DNA of 23,229 nucleotides. Origin: Enterobacteria phage phi80. Both the position numbers and the translations under genes were made by a program. The stretch lies in sequence record FN582354. The stretch is one strand, 5' to 3'. The notes beneath the pieces were generated by a model. That model made no database searches. It worked only from the letters and a program-made list of their open reading frames with translations, and was not told where the DNA came from. This document shows positions 9,787 through 19,700 of this stretch, piece after piece; the first letter of the stretch is position 1; each line of letters opens with the position of its first letter.

Positions 9787-10218
9787 ATGTTTTCGAAAAA
9801 AGAGAAGTTCACCTGGCAAACAGAATCCCTGACCATCTTCGAACTGTCGGCGCTTCAGCGTATTGAGTTCCTGACGTTTATGGCCGCAGAGGAAAGGGCC
9901 GTCAGTGCTGACAGCGAGGGCATCAGCGATCAGGAAATGACGGCCAGGCTGATTGGCTCAAATATTCGCTGCGGTGCGCGTTTGATCGCGATGTCTTTGT
10001 GGCATAACGATCCGGCCGGCACGGATGTGGAAACGTTATATCAGCAGGTGCTGAGCGGCTGGCCGCCGGAGGCGATCGGTAAAGCAGAAATGGAAATAAA
10101 GCTGCTCTCCGGCATGCTCGTTCCGGTTGATGAAGACAACGCTGCCGATCCAGATGGCTCAACGGAGGCCGAAAGCGCAGAAACCGTTACGGCGGAAAAG
10201 CCCTTGCCAGCGAGCTGA
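9787..10218 (+). CDS. G: tail assembly chaperone G (zero-frame product)
   Basis: 143 aa, between V and H. Motif [10 protein letters not shown] matches lambda gpG (AMSLWHN). Ends just past a slippery heptamer. Confidence 0.9.
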   Translation: MFSKKEKFTWQTESLTIFELSALQRIEFLTFMAAEERAVSADSEGISDQEMTARLIGSNIRCGARLIAMSLWHNDPAGTDVETLYQQVLSGWPPEAIGKAEMEIKLLSGMLVPVDEDNAADPDGSTEAESAETVTAEKPLPAS

Positions 10219-10541
10219 AGTTTGTCCTGAATCTGGCGCGCGAGTTCGGGCGACCCGACTGGCGCGCCATGCTGGCTGGAATGACCTCCAGTGAGCTGGG
10301 CGACTGGCACCAGTTCTACCGGGATCATTATTTTCAGGACGCGCAGCTCGATGCGCATTTCTCAGAGCTGCTTTATTCCATCTCCACTCTTTTCTTCCGC
10401 GATCCGGAACTTACCCCCGCACATTTCAGCCTGCTTTCTCCTTCGGATAGCGTCATCAGCGATGATGAGCCGGATGATGACACGCTGATGACCGCCGCCG
10501 AGGGGATCACAGGAGGTATCCGATATGGCCCAGCAGATTAG
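9787..10541 (+). CDS. GT: tail assembly chaperone G-T fusion made by programmed -1 ribosomal frameshift near 10194-10200
   Basis: The -1 frame is open from 10134 (stop TGA at 10131-10133) to the stop at 10539-10541. After the shift it encodes ...[21 protein letters not shown]...GGIRYGP, matching the lambda gpT part of G-T (recalled). G is in frame 1 and T in frame 0, consistent with a -1 shift. Confidence 0.75.
10194..10200 (+). other. candidate -1 frameshift slippery heptamer G GAA AAG (lambda uses G GGA AAG)
   Basis: Only X-XXY-YYZ-like site inside the 85-nt window where both the G frame and the T frame are open (10134-10218). The AAG Lys codon re-pairs to AAA. The P-site GAA to GGA re-pairing needs a G:U pair, so the heptamer is non-canonical. 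Confidence 0.55.
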
Positions 10542-13500
10542 CGATCTGGTTATTAAGCTGGATGTTGACCGCGCCACCTTCAGCGAGCAGGTCGCCCGAA
10601 TCAAAGGGCAACTGACAGGAATGGCGGATGAGTCTGATAAAGTTCAGGCGCGAATGCAGCGTGCAGCGGACCGTCAGAGCGCGGCATTAAAGAGCGTGGG
10701 CGACGCTGGCGCGGCGGCTGCCGCAGATATGAAAGCCCGACAGTCTGCTGCAACGGAAGGGCTGGCCAAAGACTGGCAGAACGTTTCTAAGTCCGTTGAT
10801 GAAACTCACCGCCGCGTGACCGAGCTTAATCAGCGTATGCGGGAAAATGACGGACAGGCCGCAGCGCTTGCCCGCCGTCAGGATGAACTGGCGGCATCCT
10901 TTTTCCGCCAGATTGACGGCGTTCGCCAGCTCAATGGTGAAACGCAGTCGCTTGCGAACGTGCAGGCGCGCTTTCGTGCGGCAAGGGCACAGGGCAATAT
11001 CACCCAGCAGGATTATCTCGCCCTGATTTCCCGCACCACGGCCAGGCAAAAAGAGCTGCAGATCATAGAGGAAAAATCGGCCGCCGCGCGTACCCGATTC
11101 CTCAGTCAGCTGAAGCAACAGGTCGCAGAGCAAAAACTCTCCGGTACCGAGTTGCTGCGCATGAAGGCGGCGCAGGTTGGTGCAAGCGATGCGGCTGAGG
11201 TCTATATCCGCAAGCTCGAGGCTGCCAAAGTGGCCACGCACGGTCTGGGCCTGAAAAGTGCCGCAGCGCGGCAGGAACTGGGGATACTGATCGGCGAGGT
11301 CATGCGCGGTAACTTCGGTGCACTGCGCGGCTCCGGGATCACGCTGGCGAACCGGGCAGGATGGATAGACCAGCTGCTGTCGCTGCGCGGGCTTGGGATC
11401 GCCGGCATGGTTGGTGGTATTGCCGCGGCGGTTTACGGGCTGGGTAAAGCCTGGTATGACGGCAGCAAAGAGTCCGAGGAATTTAACAGGCAGCTGATCC
11501 TGACCGGGAATTACGCCGGGAAAACGTCCGGACAGCTACAGGCACTGGCGCGCTCACTGGCAGGTAATGGCATCACACAGCATGCTGCTGCAGGTGTGCT
11601 GGCGCAGGTTGTCGGAAGTGGTGCGTTTAGCGGTAATGATGTCAGCATGGTGAGCAATGTTGCTGCCAGGCTGCAGCAGGCAACCGGGCAGGCCGTCGAC
11701 GAAACCATCAACCAGTTTAAACGCCTGAAGGATGATCCGGTTAATGCAGTCACAACGCTCAACGATTCGCTGCATTTTCTGACGGCCACGCAGTATGAAC
11801 AGATTGCCTCTGCTCAGGCGATGGGAGATACGCAGAAAGCATCAGAGCTTGCCATGCGCGCATATTCTGATGCGGTCATTCAGCGGGCCGGGGCGGTTGA
11901 GGAAAATCTTGGCTCCCTCGAAAAAGCCTGGAACTGGGTGAAGAATGCGGCCTCAGGCGCGTGGGATGCGATGCTGGGCATAGGGCGTAATCCTGACACC
12001 GCGATGAAGCGCCAGGACTCTTTTGCTGAATGGCAGGCAGCAGAGAAAGAGTACCGTGCTCTGTCCGGCAATCTCAAGGTTGATCCGGACTATGCCGGTA
12101 ACAACGTTCTGCAAAAGGCAGATGCGGAAAGGCTGAGAAACGCGCGCCAGCAGGTAGAGCTTAAGAAGCAGGCTTACGATCTTGCCGATAAGCAATATGC
12201 CCAGGAAGGGCTGGCAGCTGCCAGGGAAAAAATGCGGACGGAACAGCAGACACAGGCAGTCCGGACCCAGCAGCAATTTAATCAGATGGTTGAATCCGGG
12301 GCGACGGCGGCAGAAAAACGTGCCCTTGCGGAGAAAAAACTCAATCAGCTTATCGCTAAAAACCGCCAGGATGCGAAAGACGGCATCGCCACGTTGTGGA
12401 CTGAAAAGGACATAGCGGCAGCACGCGCCGGTATTAAAAAGAAGTGGAAGGATCCCAAAACGCCGAAAGGCAAAAGCTATTCAACGCCAGCCGGGGATAA
12501 AGCTGAAGAAAAAGCGCAGGCTGAACTTCTCACCCTTCAGGCCCAGCTTAAAACGCTCGAGCAGCATACCAGCGTAAACGACGTCATAAGCAAACAGCGT
12601 CAGGATCTCTGGCAGACTGAAAATCAGTTCACCGTTCTGCAGGAGGCCGCTGGGCGTCGTCAGCTTACGGCGCAGGAAAAATCCCTGCTGGCGCACAAGG
12701 AAGAAACGCTCGAGTACAAGCGGCAGCTGGCCGACCTGGGCGATAAGGTTGCCAGGCAGCAAAAGCTCAACCAGCTGACCGACCAGGCCGTGAAGTTTGA
12801 GCAGCAGCAAAAAGCCGCCAGGGCGGGCCTGCAGGCTCAGTCTGAGGGGCTATCCACCCGCGAGGCCGGGCGACAAACCACCCTGCAACGTCTCAGCGAG
12901 AGCTATTCATATAATCCTCAGGCGCAGCAAAAGGTTCTGGAAGAGCAAAGGGCGACGTTCGAGGCTGAAGATGCCCTGCGCGCAAACTGGCTGGCCGGTG
13001 CGAAACAGGGCTGGGCCGAATATCAGGATTCAGCGACAAACGTTTTCAGCTCCGTTCAGCAGATTTCGCAGGCAACGTTCAGCGGGCTGGCTGGCCAGCT
13101 TACCAGCCTGACGACAACCGGGAAGGCGAGCTTCCGGGACTTCACCAGCTCAATCCTCAAAATGATTGTGTCCGTTATCAACCAGCTGCTGGTGGCTTAC
13201 ACCATCCAGAGCGCAATGGGCTGGGTGAGCGGCGGGGCGAAAGCCTCCTCTGCAGGTCAGTCATTCGCGGTCCAGTCATACCGGCCACAGGGTTTTGACG
13301 TGGGCGGTTTTACCGGGCACGGCGGCAAGTACGAGCCAGCCGGTATCGTTCACCGCGGGGAATTCGTCTTCACCAAAGAATCAACCAGCCGCATCGGCGT
13401 GGCTAATCTCTATCGCCTGATGCGCGGGTATGCCTCGGGTGGTCTGGTCGGCGGCGGGAACGCAGCCGGTGCTGGCATGGGCGGGATTAGTGTTTATGCC

Positions 13501-13662
13501 CCAGTCAGCATCAGCCAGCAGGGGAGTGACGGAAGCATAAATCAGGCGAACGCCACGGGGACGGCGAAACAGCTGCAGGCGATTGTTCAGCAGACAATCA
13601 CCGAGCGACTGAAAAAAGAAATGTCCGCGGGCGGCGTGCTTTATTCGAGGAGGACACAGTGA
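10525..13662 (+). CDS. H: tail tape measure protein H
   Basis: 1045 aa. RBS AGGAGG at 10511-10516. Long alanine/glutamine-rich, coiled-coil-like sequence with a glycine-rich C-terminus ([22 protein letters not shown]...), typical of lambdoid tape measure proteins. Position between G-T and M. Confidence 0.95.
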   Translation: MAQQISDLVIKLDVDRATFSEQVARIKGQLTGMADESDKVQARMQRAADRQSAALKSVGDAGAAAAADMKARQSAATEGLAKDWQNVSKSVDETHRRVTELNQRMRENDGQAAALARRQDELAASFFRQIDGVRQLNGETQSLANVQARFRAARAQGNITQQDYLALISRTTARQKELQIIEEKSAAARTRFLSQLKQQVAEQKLSGTELLRMKAAQVGASDAAEVYIRKLEAAKVATHGLGLKSAAARQELGILIGEVMRGNFGALRGSGITLANRAGWIDQLLSLRGLGIAGMVGGIAAAVYGLGKAWYDGSKESEEFNRQLILTGNYAGKTSGQLQALARSLAGNGITQHAAAGVLAQVVGSGAFSGNDVSMVSNVAARLQQATGQAVDETINQFKRLKDDPVNAVTTLNDSLHFLTATQYEQIASAQAMGDTQKASELAMRAYSDAVIQRAGAVEENLGSLEKAWNWVKNAASGAWDAMLGIGRNPDTAMKRQDSFAEWQAAEKEYRALSGNLKVDPDYAGNNVLQKADAERLRNARQQVELKKQAYDLADKQYAQEGLAAAREKMRTEQQTQAVRTQQQFNQMVESGATAAEKRALAEKKLNQLIAKNRQDAKDGIATLWTEKDIAAARAGIKKKWKDPKTPKGKSYSTPAGDKAEEKAQAELLTLQAQLKTLEQHTSVNDVISKQRQDLWQTENQFTVLQEAAGRRQLTAQEKSLLAHKEETLEYKRQLADLGDKVARQQKLNQLTDQAVKFEQQQKAARAGLQAQSEGLSTREAGRQTTLQRLSESYSYNPQAQQKVLEEQRATFEAEDALRANWLAGAKQGWAEYQDSATNVFSSVQQISQATFSGLAGQLTSLTTTGKASFRDFTSSILKMIVSVINQLLVAYTIQSAMGWVSGGAKASSAGQSFAVQSYRPQGFDVGGFTGHGGKYEPAGIVHRGEFVFTKESTSRIGVANLYRLMRGYASGGLVGGGNAAGAGMGGISVYAPVSISQQGSDGSINQANATGTAKQLQAIVQQTITERLKKEMSAGGVLYSRRTQ

Positions 13663-13997
13663 CGGACACGTTTACCTGGCGCACGCGAAAAACAGCGCAG
13701 GGCACTGAAACAGCCCGAACGCTGCAGGCCCAGTTCGGGGATGGCTACAAACAGATAGCGGGGATGGGGATCAACGACAAACAGGAAACGTGGAACCTGG
13801 ACTGGACGGGCACCAGACAGGAGGCGGCTGCGCTGCGCGCTTTCCTGATGTCTCACGTTACTAAATCGTTCTGGTGGACCACTCCATGGGGTGAAAAAAA
13901 GCTGTTCAGAATGAAGGCCGATTCGTTCAGCGTTTCTTTCCCTACCGGGAAAAAAGCCACTGTGGCCTTCACTTTTGAACAGGCGTTCGCGCCCTGA
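13659..13997 (+). CDS. M: minor tail protein M
   Basis: 112 aa. GTG start overlapping the H stop (GTGA), RBS GAGGAGG upstream. Motifs FGDGY, WNLDW and WWTTPWGEK parallel lambda gpM (recalled). Confidence 0.92.
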   Translation: MTDTFTWRTRKTAQGTETARTLQAQFGDGYKQIAGMGINDKQETWNLDWTGTRQEAAALRAFLMSHVTKSFWWTTPWGEKKLFRMKADSFSVSFPTGKKATVAFTFEQAFAP

Positions 13998-14016
13998 TTT
14001 TCTCGAAAAACACTGA

Positions 14017-14042
14017 AAGCTGCCTCCGGGCGGCTTTTTTTT
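14017..14042 (+). terminator. intrinsic-terminator-like hairpin with T8 tract in the M-L intergenic gap
   Basis: 7-bp stem AGCTGCC (14018-14024) pairs with GGCGGCT (14029-14035) with one G:U, loop TCCG, followed by eight T (14035-14042). L starts at 14054. Confidence 0.5.
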
Positions 14043-14053
14043 ATGGGGGGAGT

Positions 14054-14791
14054 ATGAGTTTTACGGCAGACATACAACAGCTTGAGCCCGGCAGCGTTAT
14101 TCAGCTGATTGAGATCGACGGCACTGAATTCGGTATGGATCAGGTGCTGCGTTTTCATGCGCACAATATTCAGGAAGAGGGGTGGGCAGCCTTCGCCGCA
14201 GAAAATCTGCCCGCCATTATCTGGCAGGGAAACCAGTACGATCCCCATCCCTACGAACTTAAGGGGATGGAGTTATCGAGTACAGGTTCCCAGCCAACGC
14301 CCACGCTGTCCGTCGGGAACGTCGGAAACTATGTCACCGCGCTGTGTCTTGAATATGACGATATGGTCAGGGCTAAGGTCAAAATCCATACCACGCTTTC
14401 GAAGTATCTCGATGCCGCCAACTGGAAAAACGGTAATCCGGGTGCCAGCCCGGCCGATGAGCGCGTACAGCTCTTTTACGTCAATGCCAAAACCGCAGAG
14501 ACGCGTGTACAGGTTGATTTCGAGCTGTGCTCTCCTTTCGATATTCAGAGCCTGCAGCTGCCGACACGGCAGATTACGCCTGTCTGCACCTGGTGTATGC
14601 GGGGCTGGTACCGAAGCGGGACTGGATGCGATTACAACGGCACGAAATACTTTACCAAAGACGGTACACCGACCGATGACCCGTCGAAAGATGTATGTGG
14701 CGGCCCGCCGCAGGATTGTCAGGATCGTCACGGCCCGGACGCGCCGCTGCCGTTCGGCGGTTTCCCGGCTGCAAACCTGCAGGGGAAATAA
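14054..14791 (+). CDS. L: minor tail protein L (tail tip complex)
   Basis: 245 aa. RBS GGGGGAG upstream. Cysteine-rich C-terminal region (CTWCMRGWYRSGTGCDYNG...CGGPPQDCQDRHG) and overall pattern resemble lambda gpL (recalled). Confidence 0.92.
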   Translation: MSFTADIQQLEPGSVIQLIEIDGTEFGMDQVLRFHAHNIQEEGWAAFAAENLPAIIWQGNQYDPHPYELKGMELSSTGSQPTPTLSVGNVGNYVTALCLEYDDMVRAKVKIHTTLSKYLDAANWKNGNPGASPADERVQLFYVNAKTAETRVQVDFELCSPFDIQSLQLPTRQITPVCTWCMRGWYRSGTGCDYNGTKYFTKDGTPTDDPSKDVCGGPPQDCQDRHGPDAPLPFGGFPAANLQGK

Positions 14792-14792
14792 A

Positions 14793-15512
14793 ATGCGTGA
14801 AAAATTGCTGGATGCTATCCGTCAGCACGTCGCTGCTGAATACCCCAAAGAAGCCTGCGGCCTGATTGTTCAGTCAGGCCCAGCAACAAATCTTTATTCC
14901 TGCCGCAACATTGCCGATAAGCCCGAGGAGACATTCACGCTCTCCCCGGAAGACCAGCTCGCTGCCCGCGCGCGCGGTGAGATCATCATGCTCATTCATT
15001 CCCATCCGGATGTGGTTCGGCTGGTGCCCTCGGAGCTGGACCGGATCCAGTGCGACTGGTCGGGGATTGAGTGGGGGATCATGTCCTGGCCGGACGGGGA
15101 TTTTTGTACGATTTCCCCGCGTGAAGACCGGGATTATGCCGGGCGGCAGTGGGTGCTGGGTTACGCCGACTGCTGGTCGCTTATCCGTGAATTTTATCTG
15201 CGCGAATACGGCATTGTTCTCGGCAATTATTCAGTACCTTACGAATGGTGGGAGAGCGGCAAAGAGCGGCTCTACGATGACAACTGGGAGCGTGAGGGGT
15301 TCGTTGAGATTGACGCCGGTGCTATGCAGCCCGGGGACATCATCATGATGAGTGTGCAGGCATCGGTGACCAATCACGCCGCTGTATATCTGGGTGATAA
15401 CATCATTCTCCATCATCTTTTCGGGCACCTTTCTTCGCGAACGCCTTATGGAAAATATTATCGCGACAGAACGGTCCGGGTGGTCAGGCATAAGGACAGA
15501 ATGCATGGTTAA
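14793..15512 (+). CDS. K: tail tip assembly protein K (JAB/MPN plus NlpC/P60-like domains)
   Basis: ATG at 14793, 1 nt after the L stop. JAMM-like motif E...HSHPD...S..D (IIMLIHSHPDVVRLVPSELD) followed by a Cys/His region (ADCWSLIREFY ... NHAAVYLG) as in lambda gpK. The 467-aa track ORF 14109..15512 is an out-of-frame extension through L. Confidence 0.92.
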   Translation: MREKLLDAIRQHVAAEYPKEACGLIVQSGPATNLYSCRNIADKPEETFTLSPEDQLAARARGEIIMLIHSHPDVVRLVPSELDRIQCDWSGIEWGIMSWPDGDFCTISPREDRDYAGRQWVLGYADCWSLIREFYLREYGIVLGNYSVPYEWWESGKERLYDDNWEREGFVEIDAGAMQPGDIIMMSVQASVTNHAAVYLGDNIILHHLFGHLSSRTPYGKYYRDRTVRVVRHKDRMHG

Positions 15513-16122
15513 GACGCTTATTCTCGAAGGTAAAATGGCAAAAAAATTCGGTAAACGCGTTCAGTTTGATGTTGCCGACCTGCGCGAGATGCTCAGGGCC
15601 ATGTGTTCACAGGTTCCCGGATTCAAAAAATATATGTCTGAAGCTCATATGAAGGGGATCCGTTTCGCCTTTTTTAACGGTGGCAACATTATCGGGCTGG
15701 TTGAGTTTGATATGACCCGCGGTGGAAGCGTGTACCGGATCGTGCCCGTTTATGAGGGGGCCAAAAGTTCGGGCGTCCTGCAGATAGTTGTCGGGGCTGT
15801 TGCGCTGGTCGCTGCATTCTTTACCGCTGGTGCGAGCATGGCAGCCTGGGGCGCGGCGATGAGTGCAACAGCTATCAGCGCCACGTCAATTCTGACAGGG
15901 GTCGGAGTGTCGATGATGCTGGGGGGCGTTGTCCAGATGCTCACGCCCCAGCCATCCTTCGGCGCGGGTAAATCTTCCAGCACGGACAACACGCCTAACT
16001 ATGCCTTCGGGGCGCCGGTCAATACCGTCGCTATGGGGCATCCTGTCCCCCTGGCCTACGGTCTGATCGAGGCTGGGGGAGCGATAGTCAGCGCCGGTAT
16101 GTACTCGAGCGATCAGCAATAG
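15505..16122 (+). CDS. I: tail tip assembly protein I
   Basis: ATG at 15505 overlapping the K 3' end, AAGGA about 8 nt upstream. Has a hydrophobic Gly/Ala-rich segment (VVGAVALVAAFFTAGASMAAWGAAMSATAIS), typical of lambdoid gpI. Position between K and J. An alternative start is the ATG of MAKKFGK about 30 nt downstream. Confidence 0.8.
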   Translation: MVKTLILEGKMAKKFGKRVQFDVADLREMLRAMCSQVPGFKKYMSEAHMKGIRFAFFNGGNIIGLVEFDMTRGGSVYRIVPVYEGAKSSGVLQIVVGAVALVAAFFTAGASMAAWGAAMSATAISATSILTGVGVSMMLGGVVQMLTPQPSFGAGKSSSTDNTPNYAFGAPVNTVAMGHPVPLAYGLIEAGGAIVSAGMYSSDQQ

Positions 16123-16150
16123 TGAAAATGCAACATAATAAGGATGAACG

Positions 16151-16178
16151 TTACATTGCAATCACCCTTGGTTATCAT
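16151..16178 (+). promoter_or_regulatory. candidate sigma70-type promoter for the I-J moron (-35 TTACAT, 16-bp spacer, -10 TATCAT)
   Basis: Hexamers read by eye in the AT-rich segment just downstream of the I stop. Not statistically scored. Confidence 0.3.
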
Positions 16179-16203
16179 GTCCAAAACGATGCCGATCAAG
16201 GAG

Positions 16204-16662
16204 ATGAAAGTGAAAAAATACGGTTTGGTCTTATTAGGTGTGCTCTTTATTTCAGGTTGTGCCCCACAAAATCAGAATAACAATTTACAAAAGCAATACG
16301 CTGATTTGGCAAATTGTCAAGAGGATAACATTACTATGCCAAAACAAATGCCGCATAGTAAAAAAGAGTTTGCTGAATTTTTATCTAAGGAAGCTCTTAA
16401 TGCCTCAGCAGATCAGTTCGTTACCCAGAAGCGTATAGAGATTCTGCAATTAGTTGGGTGGGATAATTCGGTTGCTGATGCAATAACGACATGTGGCGCT
16501 ACCAGAAAGAGCAAGCTGAAAGAAATTGGGTCTAATGTGTTTGAAACCATGAAAGCCAATACTAAAGACACAGAGGAACGTCGTGCTCTTGTTGAGGCTT
16601 ATAGTTCGTGGGAAGCTTATGTAACCAGTCAAACGCCACTCGCAAAACAGGACTTTGACTAA
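16204..16662 (+). CDS. moron-encoded lipoprotein of unknown function, inserted between tail genes I and J
   Basis: Signal peptide with lipobox: MKVKKYGLVLLGVLFISGC followed by APQ. AAGGAG at 16198-16203. Start is either ATG 16204 or GTG 16210; the track ORF begins further upstream at 16144. Mature part is about 135 aa, hydrophilic and helical-looking, with 2 Cys. Region is visibly AT-richer than the flanking tail genes. Confidence 0.7.
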   Translation: MKVKKYGLVLLGVLFISGCAPQNQNNNLQKQYADLANCQEDNITMPKQMPHSKKEFAEFLSKEALNASADQFVTQKRIEILQLVGWDNSVADAITTCGATRKSKLKEIGSNVFETMKANTKDTEERRALVEAYSSWEAYVTSQTPLAKQDFD

Positions 16663-16717
16663 AAAGTTAGTTATTACAAAAACATGTAATAAGACGCCAT
16701 CATTAATATTAACTAAT

Positions 16718-16741
16718 AACCCAGCTCAGGCTGGGTTTTTT
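16718..16741 (+). terminator. intrinsic terminator downstream of the moron lipoprotein gene
   Basis: Stem CCCAGC (16720-16725) pairs with GCTGGG (16730-16735), loop TCAG, followed by TTTTTT (16736-16741). Lies 13 nt upstream of the J start. Confidence 0.6.
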
Positions 16742-16753
16742 AATGGGGTAAAA

Positions 16754-19700
16754 ATGCAACTTCTCCATGGTGAAACCATCATACAGGGTGCAAAAGGGGG
16801 CGGTGGAAGCGCGCATACTCCGGTTGAGCAACCTGACGATCTGCTGTCGGTCGCAAAATTAAAAATGCTCATTGCCGTTTCTGAGGGAGAAATACAGGGC
16901 GACCTGACCGCTCAGAATATTTTCCTCAACGATACGCCGCTGGCAAACGACAGCGGGGAATACAACTTCAGCGGCGTGAAATGGGAGTTCCGTAAGGGCA
17001 CACAGGACCAGACCTATATTGCCGGGATGCCCCAGGTCGATAACGAACTGGCGGTTGGCACAACTGTCACCACCACCGCGCCCTGGACACGCCAGTTTAC
17101 CAATCTTTCCCTGGATGCTATCCGCATCAAGCTCAGCCTTCCGGTCCAGTATCTCTATAAAGATAACGGCGATATGGTGGGCACGGTCACCGAGTATGCG
17201 ATCGATTTATCAACGGACGGCGGCGCCTGGAAAACGGTTGTAAACGGCAAATTTGACGGAAAGACCACGACGGAATATCAGCGTGACCACCGTATCGATC
17301 TGCCAAAATCCACGTCCGGCTGGTCTGTCAGGGTCAGGCGTATTACGGCTGATGCCAGCGGATCAAATTCGAAACTGGTTAACGCCTTCAAGGTGTTTTC
17401 CTATGCGGAAGTCATCGACAGCAAGCTTCGTTATCCTTTAACCGCGCTCCTGTATGTCGAAGTGGACAGCAGCCAGTTCAACGGCAGCGCGCCGAAAGTG
17501 ACCTGTAAGATAAAAGGCAAGCTGATTAAGGTTCCGGATAATTACGATCCGATAACCCGAACCTATTCTGGCTCATGGTCCGGCGGGTTCAAAATGGCCT
17601 GGTCCAATAACCCCGCCTGGATATTTTACGATCTGGTTCTGGATGAAATTTACGGCATGGGCACGCGCGTGGATGCGTCCATGGTGGATAAGTGGGCTCT
17701 GTATTCAATCGCCCAGTACTGTGACGAAATGGTTTCCGACGGGGCCGGTGGCACCGAACCGCGTTTCACCTGCAACGTTTTCATTCAGAGCCAGGAGGAC
17801 GCCTGGCAGGTACTTAACGATCTCGCCGCGGTATTTCGTGGAATAACGTTCTGGGGCAACGATCAGATTTATGTCCAGGCAGACGTCCCGCAGGACGATG
17901 TTGACTGGGTTTATAACGCCTCAAATGTGATCGATGGGCTGTTTACTTATGCGGGCGGCTCATACAAGAATCGCTACAGCTCCTGCCTGGTGTCCTGGTC
18001 CGATCCGCAGAACCATTACAGCGATACCGTTGAGGGGGTTTACGATTCGGCGCTTGTAGAACGTTACGACGTCCGGCAGACGTCCCTGACCGCAATCGGC
18101 TGCACCTCGCAAAGTGAAGCGCACCGACGCGGTCGATGGGTATTGCTCTCCAATGCCAAAGACGGGACCGTATCGTTTGGCGTGGGGCTGGACGGTTATA
18201 TCCCTTTGCCCGCTGAAATTATCGGTGTCGCCGATCCTTTCCGTTCCGGCAAGGAGAACGGGGGACGCATCAGGGCGGTCAATGGCCGCCAGATTACGCT
18301 GGATCGAGAAATAGACTACGCGGCGAAAGACCGGCTGGTGGTTAACCTGCCTGACGGAAAAGCCCAGACGCGCACAATCAGCGCGGTGAGCGCAGATAAA
18401 AAAACGGTGACGGTGGCCACCGCATTTAGTCAGGCACCTGTGGCGGGTGCTGTCTGGGCGATAGACAGTGATAACCTCGCAATACAGTATTTCCGGGTCA
18501 CTTCAATTGCAGCTAACGACGACAGCACAGGCGGTTTCACTATTACGGCCGTTCAGCACGATCCAAACAAATACCGTTACATCGATGACGGCGTTCGGGT
18601 CGAGTCGCCCCCGATCACCGTCACGCCGATAAGCGTCCTGTCAGCGCCGAAGAATATCGTGGTGACTGAGAGCGATCATGTTTCACAGGGGCTGACGGTA
18701 GCAAGCCTGGACGTGTCATGGGATAAGGTAGAGGGCGCAATCCGGTACGTTGCCCAGTGGCGTAAGGACAACGGGGACTGGATAAACGTTCCGGTTACCA
18801 GCGCGCAGGGTTTCTCGGTTCAGGGCATTTATTCGGGCAGCTATGACGTGCGCGTCCGGGCGCTGAATGCGCAGGATACGTCGTCACCATGGGGGTACGG
18901 TGAAACAACTTATCTCTCCGGTAAAACGGGAAAACCGGGTACTCCGCTCAACTTTCTGGCGACCGAAGATGTGGTCTGGCATATCGACCTGACCTGGAAA
19001 TTTCCGGATGGCTCTGGCGACACGGCCTATACAGAGATTCAGCGCGCCACAACTGCCGACTACGCCAATCCTGAACTGCTGGTCCTGGTGCCGTACCCGG
19101 CTGCAGATTATCAGCATGGCCCCATGCCGGCCGGCGTTCGCCAGTGGTACCGCGCACGCCTGATTGACCGTATCGGTAACGCCGGGGACTGGACCGACTG
19201 GATCATGGGCACGTCCTCGATAGATGTCAGCGAAATAACTAATGACATTCTGGAGGATATGAAAGAGTCGGAAACGTTCAAAGACCTGATCGAGAACGCG
19301 GTGGACAGCAACGAAAAAATTGCTGGCATGGCTGACGAAATCAAAAACCATGCCGACGAGCTGGAGCAGCAGGCGAAAGATATACAGGAAAACGCTGACG
19401 GGCTGGCGCAGGCGGCGGTAAAAATCGATGAGATTTCCGTTTCAATGGACGGTATGACAGGAGGCGTGAAGAATTCGGCAATTGCGATAATCCAGAATGG
19501 GCTGGCGCAGGTTGTCAGTCGTCGTTCCCAGACAGCAACAAACGCCGGGAACAGTGCCAGTATAGACAGAGTGGATACTACGATTGCCGATACCAGCCAG
19601 GCGGTTGCTCGCGCGCTGGTGACGCTGGATGCTTCAGCTGGTGGGAATATCTCCAACTCTACCGATCTCACTGAAACTCTGGCCGATTTCACGCAGGCAT

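Noticed and set aside
10687-11241. Minus-strand ORFs inside H, J, V and other genes (for example 10687..11241 184 aa, 19111..19836 241 aa, 9353..9760 135 aa, 18884..19351 155 aa)
   Set aside because: They lie antisense within strongly supported plus-strand genes, have low-complexity Ala/Ser/Arg-rich translations typical of GC-rich shadow frames, and lack RBS or operon context.
15394-15504. Upstream extension of gene I (track start 15394)
   Set aside because: It would overlap K by more than 100 nt. The ATG at 15505, with a nearby SD and a short overlap with the K stop, matches the usual lambdoid K/I arrangement.
14109-15512. 467-aa plus-strand ORF spanning L and K
   Set aside because: It is an out-of-frame read through the L coding region that merges into the K frame. 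The real K gene begins at the ATG at 14793 (MREKLLDAIR...), 1 nt after the L stop, and its product matches lambda K.
16655-16753. Upstream extension of the J ORF (track start 16655)
   Set aside because: The extension overlaps the moron stop codon and its intrinsic terminator and has no homology to J N-termini. The ATG at 16754 gives an N-terminus (GAKGGGGSAHTP) parallel to lambda J.
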